IMG/VR virus record: IMGVR_UViG_3300030104_003924
Span: 15,495 to 79,494 of that record
Direction: 5' to 3' (one strand)
DNA: 64,000 bases
Source of the DNA: a virus
Shown: piece after piece, positions 41,958 to 51,759 of the stretch
Numbering within the stretch: the stretch's first letter is position 1
How the letters are laid out: each line of letters starts with the position of its first letter
The notes under the pieces: model-generated
What the model saw: only the letters and a program-made list of their open reading frames with translations
The model's database searches: none
What the model was told of the DNA's origin: nothing
Program-made: the position numbers and the translations under genes

Positions 41958-41986
41958 GTAAAGAATTAAAAAAATAAGTGACTATA
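41958..41986 (+). promoter_or_regulatory. Putative phage promoter GTAAA-N14-AGTGACTATA
   Basis: Intergenic, same spacing as the other two copies. Confidence 0.6.
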
Positions 41987-41991
41987 TAACA

Positions 41992-43092
41992 ATGGTGAAA
42001 AGACTAATAACAATAATAATAACAACAATACTTGTGGCCTGCTCGGTTCCAAAAACTTGTTGTTCACAAACATTTGGAAAAGAAGAAGTTAAGAAGCTTT
42101 TAAAGTTCTCTACGTTTTATGCCGCAGTAAACGGTGGAACGTCGTTATCTGATGTTGACGTGTTCTCTGTGGATAATGGTTTATCTACTCAGACTATCTC
42201 AACTCCTTATGATTATAATTTTACCATAGGTTTACGTAAGATAGCAAGATTTGGTTATGAAAATAAAGCGCAAACGTTTTATGACGGAACGGAATCTAAT
42301 TACAGTGACGCGGCAACTGTAGGTAAAATCAGAGGAGTTGAATATCTATTTGAAATAGATTACAAAAGACAGGAAGGTGTAGACTACATGGATCAGCATC
42401 ACTTCATAAGGTTCAGCTCTGACGATGGTTGCCCTGATGAATTATGTGTAAACTTTTTTGCTTTAAAAGTAGAATATTTAGAAGATGGTTTTGCAGATAT
42501 TAAATACTTTGAGGCTTCAGAAAGATATAGACACCGTAAATCTAAAAACTTATCTTGGAATATTGGATTGACACATCGGCTTGCAGAACCCTATGGTTAT
42601 AACGCTTTAGACGAGTGGATGTTAGATAACGGCGATTTGCATTATACGTATTTAGCACTACAAGAAGGATATACTGTTGATATTGCTAATAGCGAATACT
42701 ATGCTCCAAACGGTGAGGTTGTAGCAACAAGCCCTGAGGTTTGGGAAGCGGTTGTTATACCAACAGTTTTATCTGATTACACACAAAGAAAAAGAAATGA
42801 ACTAAAGAAAGTTATACAGCATTCTTTGGTTGTAGGTTTTGATTATTACAAATATACTAAACAAACTTGGATGCATGCTTGGGGCAGCTTTATGCCTTAT
42901 CATTACGATGACGGTAGCGAGTTCTCATATCATAATTATGTTGATGGGCAGTGGTATGATTATTCGTTTGGATTAATATATGGGATAAAACAAAGCAAAA
43001 GTTTAGGTTATTTTGTAGAAGGCAAATATAACAAGTACTGGAATAGAGAGTGGTACGATTTCAAAATAGGAATGAATTATACTATATTTTAA
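41992..43092 (+). CDS. Exported protein, probable outer-membrane beta-barrel
   Basis: N-terminal signal (lipobox-like LVAC), aromatic-rich alternating strands, C-terminal beta-signal-like YDFKIGMNYTIF. Confidence 0.65.
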   Translation: MVKRLITIIITTILVACSVPKTCCSQTFGKEEVKKLLKFSTFYAAVNGGTSLSDVDVFSVDNGLSTQTISTPYDYNFTIGLRKIARFGYENKAQTFYDGTESNYSDAATVGKIRGVEYLFEIDYKRQEGVDYMDQHHFIRFSSDDGCPDELCVNFFALKVEYLEDGFADIKYFEASERYRHRKSKNLSWNIGLTHRLAEPYGYNALDEWMLDNGDLHYTYLALQEGYTVDIANSEYYAPNGEVVATSPEVWEAVVIPTVLSDYTQRKRNELKKVIQHSLVVGFDYYKYTKQTWMHAWGSFMPYHYDDGSEFSYHNYVDGQWYDYSFGLIYGIKQSKSLGYFVEGKYNKYWNREWYDFKIGMNYTIF

Positions 43093-43093
43093 A

Positions 43094-43375
43094 ATGGCAA
43101 AAGAATTAAACGAAGATACTGGGTTTCAGGTAAGTATAAAAAGCTTAATAGCTATTGGTTTCGCAATGGCTACAATTATAGGGATGTGGTTTGCTTTACA
43201 AGCAGATATTGCAGAAGCAAAAACACTTCCAGCGCCACCAGACCCAGAAGTTACACGTATGGAGTTTGACATGAAAGATCAAATGATACGTAATACTATT
43301 ATGGAAACAAAAAGTGACGTTGAAGAAATAAAAGAAACTTTAGACAAAATAGAGGACAAACTTTACAATAGATAA
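43094..43375 (+). CDS. Single-TM protein with periplasmic coiled coil
   Basis: LIAIGFAMATIIGMWFAL, Pro linker, heptads. Confidence 0.65.
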   Translation: MAKELNEDTGFQVSIKSLIAIGFAMATIIGMWFALQADIAEAKTLPAPPDPEVTRMEFDMKDQMIRNTIMETKSDVEEIKETLDKIEDKLYNR

Positions 43376-43699
43376 ATGAAAAAGCTACTATTCATATCAA
43401 TGCTATTTAGCGAAGCTATCTTTGCGCAAATAGAAGCAAAACACTTTAATGCCGGTTGGAATGAAGCTAATAATGTTTCTTGGTTTATGGATTTAGACTG
43501 TAAAACAAAAGGCCTTACTGATATAGCTAAAAACCCAGATGAGGCCAAAAAATATAAAATAGCCGTTGTACCCACTATTATTATATTTAAAGATGGAGAA
43601 GAAGCCTTAAGGTTTCAGGCTGACTTATCGTTTAAAATGGTGGCAACAAAAGAAGAAGTAATTGAAGCTTTAGATGAATTATTAATGAGCGATTTTTAA
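43376..43699 (+). CDS. Exported thioredoxin-fold protein lacking CxxC
   Basis: Signal peptide ...IFA|Q. FNAGWN replaces F.A.WC. KYKIAVVPTIIIFKDGEE is the cis-Pro loop. Confidence 0.75.
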   Translation: MKKLLFISMLFSEAIFAQIEAKHFNAGWNEANNVSWFMDLDCKTKGLTDIAKNPDEAKKYKIAVVPTIIIFKDGEEALRFQADLSFKMVATKEEVIEALDELLMSDF

Positions 43700-43701
43700 T
43701 T

Positions 43702-43878
43702 ATGGCAAATAGAAGAAGAAGGATAAATGGTAAGTTAAGAAGAAAGAAGAAAGATGAAAGAACTGAAAATCAAAAAGCTATTGATAACGCAATATACAAG
43801 GGTTACGTGCCTAAGCCAAATACTAAGGAAAAATTAAAACAATACGGGGAAGCATATTTCGAAGAAAAATCAGTATAA
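43702..43878 (+). CDS. Small basic protein (58 aa, not in ORF track)
   Basis: MANRRRRINGKLRRKKKDERT...EEKSV*. Fills the gap exactly between its neighbours. Confidence 0.6.
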   Translation: MANRRRRINGKLRRKKKDERTENQKAIDNAIYKGYVPKPNTKEKLKQYGEAYFEEKSV

Positions 43879-43879
43879 A

Positions 43880-45904
43880 ATGAAAAAATTACTACTATTA
43901 TTATTACTACCAATATTTAGTTTTGCACAAAATTGTGTACCAACTACTATTGTTATAAATTTAGATCAATATCAAAGTGAGACGTCTTGGACTATAGAAG
44001 ATACATCTGGCAATGTAGTAGCTAACGGTGGTAACTATGGTGGTCAACCTGATTATGCTTCTGTTTTAGAACAAAGATGTTTACCAGAGGGCGATTTAAT
44101 ATTTACGATATACGATAGTTATGGAGATGGTTTAAATGGGGCTATTTGGGGAGGTTTAGACGGTTCTTATTACTTAATACAATGTAATGATACTTTAGTA
44201 TATGGGGACGATCCTGCTTTTGACAATGACTCGATACATGTTTTTGTGTCTGATGGTTGTCCTCCCGTCCCTGGGTGCATGGACCCTGCTTACGTGGAAT
44301 TTAATCCATTAGCTGATACTAACGACGGTTCATGCACGACTTTAAGAGTGTTTGGTTGCACTGATTCAACCATGTATAATTACGATCCAAACGCTAATAC
44401 AATGGCGTTAATAAACAATTGTGATTATGTTTTGACTTTATACGATTTAATAGGCGACGGTTGGGTGGGTTCTTATTTAGAAGTAATCCAAGATACTAAT
44501 ATATATTATTATTGGATAGATACCGCTGCTTACACTCAAGATTTTATAATAAACTTAAACGCGCCACAGCAAGTAGAGTTTAAGTTTTACGTAACGTCTC
44601 AAGCACAACTTACAACACCTCATTGCGGTTTTAAATTAACAAACCCATTAGGACAAACGATAATAGAGGTTTTACCCCCGTTTATACAACCTATGTATAA
44701 ATATAAAACACCAACGTTTTGTGGTGACTTATGTATTGAAAAGACATTTGGATGTATGGATTCGTTAGCCGTAAACTATATAGACACTGTAAATACAGAT
44801 GATGGAAGCTGTTACTATTTACCTGGTTGTACTAACTCTTCATATTTGGAATATTATACCCAAGGTTTTACAGCAGACTATAACGACGGTAGTTGTGTCA
44901 CTCAAGCTGTGTGGGGATGTACTGATGCTACGGCGTTTAATTATGATAACTTAGCAAATATTGATAATGGTGGTTGTGTACCGGTTGTTGTTGGTTGCAT
45001 GATACCAGGTTCTTTTAATTACAACGCACAGGCAAACACACCTTCAACTTGTATACCTATTGTCTATGGCTGTACTAGCGATCTAGCTATAAATTTTAAT
45101 CCTAACGCTAACACAGACGATGGTAGTTGTATAGGCGCTATATTGGGTTGTACTGATACGTCTGCCTTTAATTTCGCTCCTTTGGCGAATGTTGATGATG
45201 GAAGTTGTGTTCCAGTTATATATGGTTGTATAAACCCAACTATGTTTAACTATGACTCTTTAGCAAATACAAACGATGGAACATGTATACCGTTTACTTA
45301 CGGTTGTACGGATTCTACAATGTTAAATTATAATCCTTTAGCAAATAGTGACAATAATACTTGTATACCTTATATATATGGCTGCACGGATCCTTCTATG
45401 CTTAACTATAACCCAGACGCGAATACGGAGGATTTTAGTTGCATTGCTTATGTTTATGGGTGTATGGACAGTAACGCTCTTAACTTTGATCCACTTGCTA
45501 ACACGGATAACGGTTCGTGTGTCGAAATCGTTATGGGTTGCATGGATCCAAACGCGTATAACTACGAATCAATTGCTAACGTTAACGATACTTTATCTTG
45601 TTTATATGATGCTGGTTGCATTACTGGTCCAGGAAATCCTTACTGGCTTAACAACGAATGTTACGCCTGGGTTATTTCAGTAGATGATTATTGCTGTGAA
45701 AACGAGTGGGATACTATTTGTCAAGCAACTTATGACTATTGCGAGGGGACTTGGGTTGGTCCATTATTAACAAGAGAAACAGTAAACAAAAAACTAGTAG
45801 CGGTTACAGACTTATTAGGTAGACCGTCAAAAATAATTAAAAATAAACTATTATTCTATATTTACAGCGATGGAAGTGTAGAAAGAAAATTAATAAAACA
45901 ATAA
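43880..45904 (+). CDS. Secreted Cys-repeat protein with T9SS-like C-terminal domain
   Basis: Signal peptide ...SFA|Q. More than 10 copies of GC(T/M)D..A.NY...AN.DDGSC. C-terminal KKLVAVTDLLGR...LFYIYSDGSVERKLI. Confidence 0.8.
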   Translation: MKKLLLLLLLPIFSFAQNCVPTTIVINLDQYQSETSWTIEDTSGNVVANGGNYGGQPDYASVLEQRCLPEGDLIFTIYDSYGDGLNGAIWGGLDGSYYLIQCNDTLVYGDDPAFDNDSIHVFVSDGCPPVPGCMDPAYVEFNPLADTNDGSCTTLRVFGCTDSTMYNYDPNANTMALINNCDYVLTLYDLIGDGWVGSYLEVIQDTNIYYYWIDTAAYTQDFIINLNAPQQVEFKFYVTSQAQLTTPHCGFKLTNPLGQTIIEVLPPFIQPMYKYKTPTFCGDLCIEKTFGCMDSLAVNYIDTVNTDDGSCYYLPGCTNSSYLEYYTQGFTADYNDGSCVTQAVWGCTDATAFNYDNLANIDNGGCVPVVVGCMIPGSFNYNAQANTPSTCIPIVYGCTSDLAINFNPNANTDDGSCIGAILGCTDTSAFNFAPLANVDDGSCVPVIYGCINPTMFNYDSLANTNDGTCIPFTYGCTDSTMLNYNPLANSDNNTCIPYIYGCTDPSMLNYNPDANTEDFSCIAYVYGCMDSNALNFDPLANTDNGSCVEIVMGCMDPNAYNYESIANVNDTLSCLYDAGCITGPGNPYWLNNECYAWVISVDDYCCENEWDTICQATYDYCEGTWVGPLLTRETVNKKLVAVTDLLGRPSKIIKNKLLFYIYSDGSVERKLIKQ

Positions 45905-45907
45905 ATC

Positions 45908-46279
45908 ATGGCATTAATACCAACATTAACAATAAAAGACACTACTAGCTTTAGTGACGAATTAAATTTTTCAGTAACAGACAGTTTAACAGTAACTACT
46001 CCAGCAGCGGGTTTATCATTAGTAAGCGTCGCTGGAGCTGGAACAGCTATTTTATATGCTGATTCCGGTGGTGCTGGAACAGCTTTTGTATATATTAGAA
46101 ATACTAATACATCAAACTCCTACTCTATAGATATACAAACTGATAATGGTAACACAACTTATGGGACTTTAGACAATGGAGAGTTTGCTTTTATACCTAT
46201 CGATACAAATGAGGGTGTACAAGTATTAGGAGTAGGAGGCACAGTAGTAGTGGAATACGCTTACTGGACAAAATCATAA
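45908..46279 (+). CDS. Virion protein, paralog B1
   Basis: FVYIRN...GTLDNGEFAFIP matches KVYIKN...GRLYAGDWMFIP of B2 and B3. Confidence 0.6.
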   Translation: MALIPTLTIKDTTSFSDELNFSVTDSLTVTTPAAGLSLVSVAGAGTAILYADSGGAGTAFVYIRNTNTSNSYSIDIQTDNGNTTYGTLDNGEFAFIPIDTNEGVQVLGVGGTVVVEYAYWTKS

Positions 46280-46316
46280 AACAATTAATTAATTAAAAAC
46301 AAAAACAATAAAAATT

Positions 46317-46979
46317 ATGGCAACAACAACAGCAACATTTTCTCTTTCTAGTGCTGATATTGCCCCATCACCAGTAAACGTGTCTTCAACGACTACACTT
46401 TATAAAGCTGGTTTGAGTACGGGTTTAGATCAAACTACTGGGATGAGTAGAAGAATTTTAAAAACATCAGAAACAGGTAAAACATTATTAATATCACCTG
46501 CTTTATATGGAACACAAGTTTTACATGGTGTAACTTTAGCAAACGCAGACGCTACAGTGGAGTTAGCGAGCGCAAGTCCAACTTTAGCAGAGCTTGGTAT
46601 TAAGGTAGGTGACTATCTTGAAGGAACTGGTGTTCCAGCAGGCGCAACAGTTTTATCTATAACAGATGCTGATACCTTTGAGATGTCTGTAGCTGCTGAT
46701 CAAGATGTAGTTACAACTGATGGTTCTATAGCGGTTTTCGCTAAAGCAACAGCTAGTAAAGCCAACAAGGTTTACATTTGTAACTCTTCAACATCTAGTG
46801 AAGATTACTTCGTAGTTACTATTAATCAAGAAGAAATAGGTAGATTATATGGAGGAGATTGGATGTTCATGCCCTGGAGTGCTTCGGATGATGATGCAGA
46901 AATATACGTAACAGCAGCTGTTCATACTACACCAGTAATTATAGACTATATGGTAGTAGGTGAAGGTAACGCAGCTTAG
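46317..46979 (+). CDS. Virion protein, paralog B2 with inserted beta module
   Basis: Collinear with B3 apart from an ~80-aa insert (IKVGDYLEGTGVPAGATVLSI). Confidence 0.7.
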   Translation: MATTTATFSLSSADIAPSPVNVSSTTTLYKAGLSTGLDQTTGMSRRILKTSETGKTLLISPALYGTQVLHGVTLANADATVELASASPTLAELGIKVGDYLEGTGVPAGATVLSITDADTFEMSVAADQDVVTTDGSIAVFAKATASKANKVYICNSSTSSEDYFVVTINQEEIGRLYGGDWMFMPWSASDDDAEIYVTAAVHTTPVIIDYMVVGEGNAA

Positions 46980-47006
46980 TAATAATAAATAAATAAATAA
47001 ATAAAT

Positions 47007-47414
47007 ATGGCAACAACAAACGCAACTATCTCTATATCTAGTTCCGACATGATACCTGGTATGGCGATGAATTATTATAAAACATCTACGCTTCACAAAG
47101 CTGGCGGCTGTAAAGGTTTAGAAAAAATGATGAGTGGTACAGCTGAATATACTTCAACTGCAGAAGCTATTTTACTAGACCAATCAGCATTATCAGTAAC
47201 AGCTGACAAAGCTAATAAAGTTTATATTAAAAATCTTTCAACAGACACTACAGAATATTTCACTATAACAATTAATGCTGAAGAGCTTGGTAGGTTATAC
47301 GCTGGTGATTGGATGTTTATACCTTGGAGCGCTGAAGACTCTGCTGCTGATGTAAAGGTAACTCCTAGCGTGGCTTCTAGCATGAAATTAGAGTATATAG
47401 TAGTACACGAGTAA
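47007..47414 (+). CDS. Virion protein, paralog B3
   Basis: MATT.AT.S.SS.D, KAG, KANKVYI.N.ST, TIN.EE.GRLY.GDWMF.PWSA shared with B2. Confidence 0.7.
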   Translation: MATTNATISISSSDMIPGMAMNYYKTSTLHKAGGCKGLEKMMSGTAEYTSTAEAILLDQSALSVTADKANKVYIKNLSTDTTEYFTITINAEELGRLYAGDWMFIPWSAEDSAADVKVTPSVASSMKLEYIVVHE

Positions 47415-47417
47415 AAT

Positions 47418-49712
47418 ATGAAATGGTTAGGTCAGTATGTACAGAGTTTTACAGCTAGATTTAGACATGATGTTTATTTAGAGGCTCTAACCACCTCTAC
47501 AGAAACAGACATGTTAGTAGTTGATTCTAATGGTAAAGTTACCAAAAGAGCAATCGATGCTATAACTGTAGACGTATCTGATTTTATGACCAACGGAGCA
47601 GATAACTATGTTCTAACAGCTACTGGTGCCGATGCTATAAACGCTGAGGCTAACCTGCAGTTTAATGGTAGTGCTTTAAATGTTATTGGTGTTGCGGATA
47701 TATCACCGGCTAATGATGCTGGCGCTGCCGCGTTGACTATAGACAATGACGATGTTGATCAAATAGCTTTAGATATTGATGCTGAAAACACCACTGCTAA
47801 CATAATAGATATAGACGCCGCAGACTTAACAACTGCTAACGCTATTAAAATAACAAGAGGTAATAGCGCTGGAGGCGTGTCCGAATCCGCCACAAGCTCA
47901 ACTATTCACATTGATCAAGATAATTCTTCAACTGTTTCATCACAAGAATTTTATAATGTAATTCACCTTGATTATGATACTGATACCGAGGCTGCTGGCG
48001 CTCAATTTACAAGAGGTGTTTACGTTGATATCAATGATACTTCACCCGCTAGTGGTGTTGTTAATGCTTGGAAGCAAAAACATGGTTTTTACGCTAAAAT
48101 TAGCAAAGACAATACATATTCAAATAATTTCCACGCTGGATTCTATGCTGATATATCAGGTGGTGACGCCACTTATCAATATGGAACCAATCCGGAGTTT
48201 TACGCAAGTAGTATATATAAAAGTGGTAATGTAGGGTTTTTCTCTAAAGGCGAAGCTTTTTCTTTAGTAGCTACAGCCGGCGATGATCCAGACTATTTCG
48301 GTATAAGAACAACAACACACGGTGCTACAAAACTAGTAACCGCTGATTACGCTGGTGCTGCAGCTAATTTTGAAATAGAAGCTGATGGTGCTATAACATT
48401 AGACGCGGAAGGAGATATAAATCTCGAAGTAGGTGGTGATGACCTTACAATAGATACAAATAACGTTACTATAACATCAGCTGATAGCGGTTTCCCGGTT
48501 ATTGGTATGGTAACAAATAACACTGATAAAGATAAGTCTGGAGAATTACGATTTAAAAAAGATGCTGCTGATACTGAAGATGGAGAAAATTTAGGAAAAA
48601 TCACTTGGTACGGAGAGGACGAGGGAAACAATAACACACAATTTGCTGGAATATTAGGTGAAATATCTGAATCTGACGATGGTACTGAAGCTGGTAGACT
48701 AACTTTTTCTGTTGCGGAAAGTGATGGTGCTAATACAGCTGTAACAGCTGGGTTGGTTTTAGAGGGTGAACACGCTACTGATGGTCAAATAGACGTTACA
48801 ATAGCTGCCGGTGCCGCTTCTGACACTACTATAGCTGGGAATTTAACAGTAACAAGTGATCTAACCGTAAATGGTGACACGATTACTTTTGAATCTGCGA
48901 ACGCTGATGATCCAGCTGTGATTATTAGAAATACATCAAATGATAATCAAGCCGCTAGATTACAAATGCGGAAAAATAGAACTGATACTCAAGCTGACAA
49001 TGACCGTGTTGCTGAGTTAGATTTTATGGGGGAAGATGCTTCTGGTAACCTTCAACAATATGGTAAGCTTATGGTTCAAGTATTGGAAGCAGATCATGGC
49101 AGTGAAACTGGTATAGTGAAGATTCAGGCTGCGGAGTATGATGGTACTCTCACAAACGGTTTGCAAGTTTGGGGTGGCACCGCTGATGGAGTGGTAAATG
49201 TAACCCTTGGCGCTGGAGTTGCCTCAACAACGACTGTTGGTGGCGAGCTTGTAGTAACAACAGGGACACCAACTACCGTGTCTAGTGGTAGCCAAGTAAC
49301 CCTTGGGGTGCCAATGATAGCTAGACGTACAATAACTCAAGGTGAAATGAATGCTTTACACACAACACCTATTCCAATAATACCAGCACAAGGAGCTAAT
49401 TTAATTGCAATACCTACACATTGTACTATATTTGTAGATAGAGCGTCTACAAACTCTGGTACAGGTGATCTTGTCTTTGGTTACGATAGTCCCGCTAGTT
49501 TTCAAAACGCTATATTTTATTCTAGAAGGTTTAACAACAGTGTAACTACAGATATGCATTATGAGATAGGTCGTTATCTTGGTAAATGGGGAACCTCTTT
49601 AACAGCCGGTGTTGATACGGTATTTGATGTCCATTTAACGGGTGCCGCAAGTAACAATTGCTTTACAAGCGTGGATGTTTATGTAACTTATTATGTAATT
49701 GATAGATCTTAA
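47418..49712 (+). CDS. Tail fibre / receptor-binding protein
   Basis: Acidic Ala/Thr/Gly-rich beta protein, N-terminal fibre-type motif (NYVLTATG...NAEANLQF), internal ~130-aa duplication. Confidence 0.75.
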   Translation: MKWLGQYVQSFTARFRHDVYLEALTTSTETDMLVVDSNGKVTKRAIDAITVDVSDFMTNGADNYVLTATGADAINAEANLQFNGSALNVIGVADISPANDAGAAALTIDNDDVDQIALDIDAENTTANIIDIDAADLTTANAIKITRGNSAGGVSESATSSTIHIDQDNSSTVSSQEFYNVIHLDYDTDTEAAGAQFTRGVYVDINDTSPASGVVNAWKQKHGFYAKISKDNTYSNNFHAGFYADISGGDATYQYGTNPEFYASSIYKSGNVGFFSKGEAFSLVATAGDDPDYFGIRTTTHGATKLVTADYAGAAANFEIEADGAITLDAEGDINLEVGGDDLTIDTNNVTITSADSGFPVIGMVTNNTDKDKSGELRFKKDAADTEDGENLGKITWYGEDEGNNNTQFAGILGEISESDDGTEAGRLTFSVAESDGANTAVTAGLVLEGEHATDGQIDVTIAAGAASDTTIAGNLTVTSDLTVNGDTITFESANADDPAVIIRNTSNDNQAARLQMRKNRTDTQADNDRVAELDFMGEDASGNLQQYGKLMVQVLEADHGSETGIVKIQAAEYDGTLTNGLQVWGGTADGVVNVTLGAGVASTTTVGGELVVTTGTPTTVSSGSQVTLGVPMIARRTITQGEMNALHTTPIPIIPAQGANLIAIPTHCTIFVDRASTNSGTGDLVFGYDSPASFQNAIFYSRRFNNSVTTDMHYEIGRYLGKWGTSLTAGVDTVFDVHLTGAASNNCFTSVDVYVTYYVIDRS

Positions 49713-49714
49713 TT

Positions 49715-50251
49715 ATGGCATTAAACGATAAAAAATACGAAAAATTTTATTCTACCTCGGGTAGTGACGCTGACAAGGCAGACGCTGCAAAGTTAACAAA
49801 AGCAGAGAGAGATTGGGATTATGAAAGAGCGACGGGTTGTGAATTTTATTTAAATCACGATGAATTCGCTCCATTATTATTTCAGCTTCAACAAATGCAA
49901 GATGAATTAGATGCTTTGAGAACTGAAATATCAGCTAACAAAGACAAGGCTACATTTCCCGGGTTTGGCACAAGCGGTACAACAGCTTTGGCTGGCAACA
50001 CAACAACTATATCAAATTCACAGGCAAATGCTATTACTGCTAACACCGCTAAAAATGGTATATCAGATTCGCAAGCTGATGCAATAACAGCTAACACAGC
50101 TAAAGTAACATTTCCGGTTACATATCACGAAGCTTTGCTTGGTTCTTTAAGTTTCGCTGTTGACAAAACCGGTGCTGGATTAACTATATCAAACACTTAT
50201 ACGGAAAAAGGAAAGTCAGTAACAAAATCGTTGACATTAACATTAAAATAA
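49715..50251 (+). CDS. Fibre-associated protein with coiled coil and AITANTAK repeats
   Basis: QLQQMQDELDALRTEI and two copies of IS.SQA.AITANTAK. Confidence 0.6.
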   Translation: MALNDKKYEKFYSTSGSDADKADAAKLTKAERDWDYERATGCEFYLNHDEFAPLLFQLQQMQDELDALRTEISANKDKATFPGFGTSGTTALAGNTTTISNSQANAITANTAKNGISDSQADAITANTAKVTFPVTYHEALLGSLSFAVDKTGAGLTISNTYTEKGKSVTKSLTLTLK

Positions 50252-50252
50252 A

Positions 50253-50813
50253 ATGGGATTACTTATTCAAAAAATACCTGATGGAAGTAAAACAGAAATA
50301 GCTTTAAACACCGACAGTTTCAGGTCTATGATTTTTACTAATACTCACGCAACGGATGCCGTTACTATAGATCTTTGGTTAACCGATTTATCAGGAGATA
50401 ATGTTGTTACAACTGGAGTTTATGTAAATAACGGTAGTGGTTATACTAGTGCGCCGGGAACAGCGATGACAATGGCTGTTGATAATGGAGCTGGTGGTTC
50501 TTCTGCAGCTACTGATGATATGTTCAACAGTGAAAAGGTTTACAAGTCTGATGGTACCCATATAGGCACATGTACTGAAGCTCTTAGTAGTACATCCTTA
50601 AGTTTTGCTAACGGATTAGTTAAATTGGTTGCAGATAACACCATTTTATATGTTGGGCAAAAATATTACATTTATAACAACGTTGTTATACCAAATGGAG
50701 CTTCTTTACAATTAACAGACCACGAAATTGACTATAATAATAATAATTACAATTTATATATAGAATCTAGTAATGCTAGTGGATATATAGATATAATAAC
50801 TACAACAATATGA
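50253..50813 (+). CDS. Hypothetical virion protein
   Basis: FTNTHATDAVTIDLW and VVIPNGASLQL flank an inserted module. Confidence 0.55.
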   Translation: MGLLIQKIPDGSKTEIALNTDSFRSMIFTNTHATDAVTIDLWLTDLSGDNVVTTGVYVNNGSGYTSAPGTAMTMAVDNGAGGSSAATDDMFNSEKVYKSDGTHIGTCTEALSSTSLSFANGLVKLVADNTILYVGQKYYIYNNVVIPNGASLQLTDHEIDYNNNNYNLYIESSNASGYIDIITTTI

Positions 50814-51265
50814 TAAGTAAACATGTAAGTTACAAAGAGGGTGTTTATAGTAACACTGCTTTAAGAAGAGGTATAGACAATACTCCTACGGATGACCATC
50901 TTCATTTTATGGAGTTAATTGCTGAAAATATATTTGAACCTCTTAGGCAACACGTAGGAGGACCAATAAAGATTAACAGTTTTTATAGATCGCCAGAATT
51001 AAACACGGCAATTGGTGGGTCTAAGACTTCACAACACTGCAAGGGTCAAGCTATGGATATTGACGATACTTTTGGGGTTATGACTAACGCTGAAATGTAT
51101 AAGTTTATAAAAGAAAATTTAAACTTTGATCAAATGATATGGGAGTTTGGGGACGACGAAAACCCTAACTGGGTTCATGTTAGTTATGTGTCATCTGAAA
51201 AAAATAGAAATAGATGCTTAAAAGCGTATAAAGAAAATGGTAAAACTAAATACATGGTAATATGA
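50810..51265 (+). CDS. Endolysin, peptidase M15A family
   Basis: INSFYRS.ELN.AIGGS..SQHCKGQAMDID...FDQMIWE...WVHVSY. Confidence 0.9.
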   Translation: MISKHVSYKEGVYSNTALRRGIDNTPTDDHLHFMELIAENIFEPLRQHVGGPIKINSFYRSPELNTAIGGSKTSQHCKGQAMDIDDTFGVMTNAEMYKFIKENLNFDQMIWEFGDDENPNWVHVSYVSSEKNRNRCLKAYKENGKTKYMVI

Positions 51266-51759
51266 GTTTCAAAATGAAAGGTTGGAGTGGGTACCAAAAT
51301 TCACCATTAAATAAAAAAGAAAGCTTTAAGCCTCATAATATGTATGATAAAAAAAAGGCTGAAACATATAAAGAGCATTTAGATTTAAAAGAAAAAGGCT
51401 ATGGCCACAGTCCTATGAAAGAAAAATCTTGTAACTGTTGGAAGGGTTATAGTAGAGTTCCTGGAACAAAACCTTGTGCTCCTGGTAGTTGTAAAAAATC
51501 TTCTCCAGCCAAACAAACAAATAAAAGAACAAAGGGTAAAGGGAGACATTTTAGAACGTCAGAAGAAGGGGCTGGTATGACTAAGGCTGGTGTTACTTCT
51601 TATAAATCTCAAAACCCAGGTAGTAAATTAAAAACAGCTGTAACTGGTAAGGTTAAACCTGGTAGCAAGGCTGCTGGAAGAAGAAAATCATTTTGTGCTA
51701 GGTCTAAAGGTTGGACCGGCGAAAGAGGTAAGGCCGCTAGAGCAAGATGGAAATGTTAA
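51262..51759 (+). CDS. SPxK-leader modular basic protein (CWKGY and RRKSFCAR modules)
   Basis: MSFKMKGWSGYQNSPLNK...GHSPMKE...KSSPAKQ...RRKSFCARSKGW...RWKC. Confidence 0.75.
   Translation: MSFKMKGWSGYQNSPLNKKESFKPHNMYDKKKAETYKEHLDLKEKGYGHSPMKEKSCNCWKGYSRVPGTKPCAPGSCKKSSPAKQTNKRTKGKGRHFRTSEEGAGMTKAGVTSYKSQNPGSKLKTAVTGKVKPGSKAAGRRKSFCARSKGWTGERGKAARARWKC

Noticed and set aside
44265-45600. Regularly spaced repeats as a CRISPR array or DGR template
   Set aside because: The repeats are degenerate, in frame and conserved at protein level. No cas or reverse transcriptase gene is in the window.
336-51000. Antisense and alternate-frame ORFs in the track (e.g. 336-635, 12663-13016, 14283-14672, 41297-41803, 45348-45683)
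   Set aside because: They lie wholly inside well-supported genes, and their composition reflects the codon bias of the real frame.
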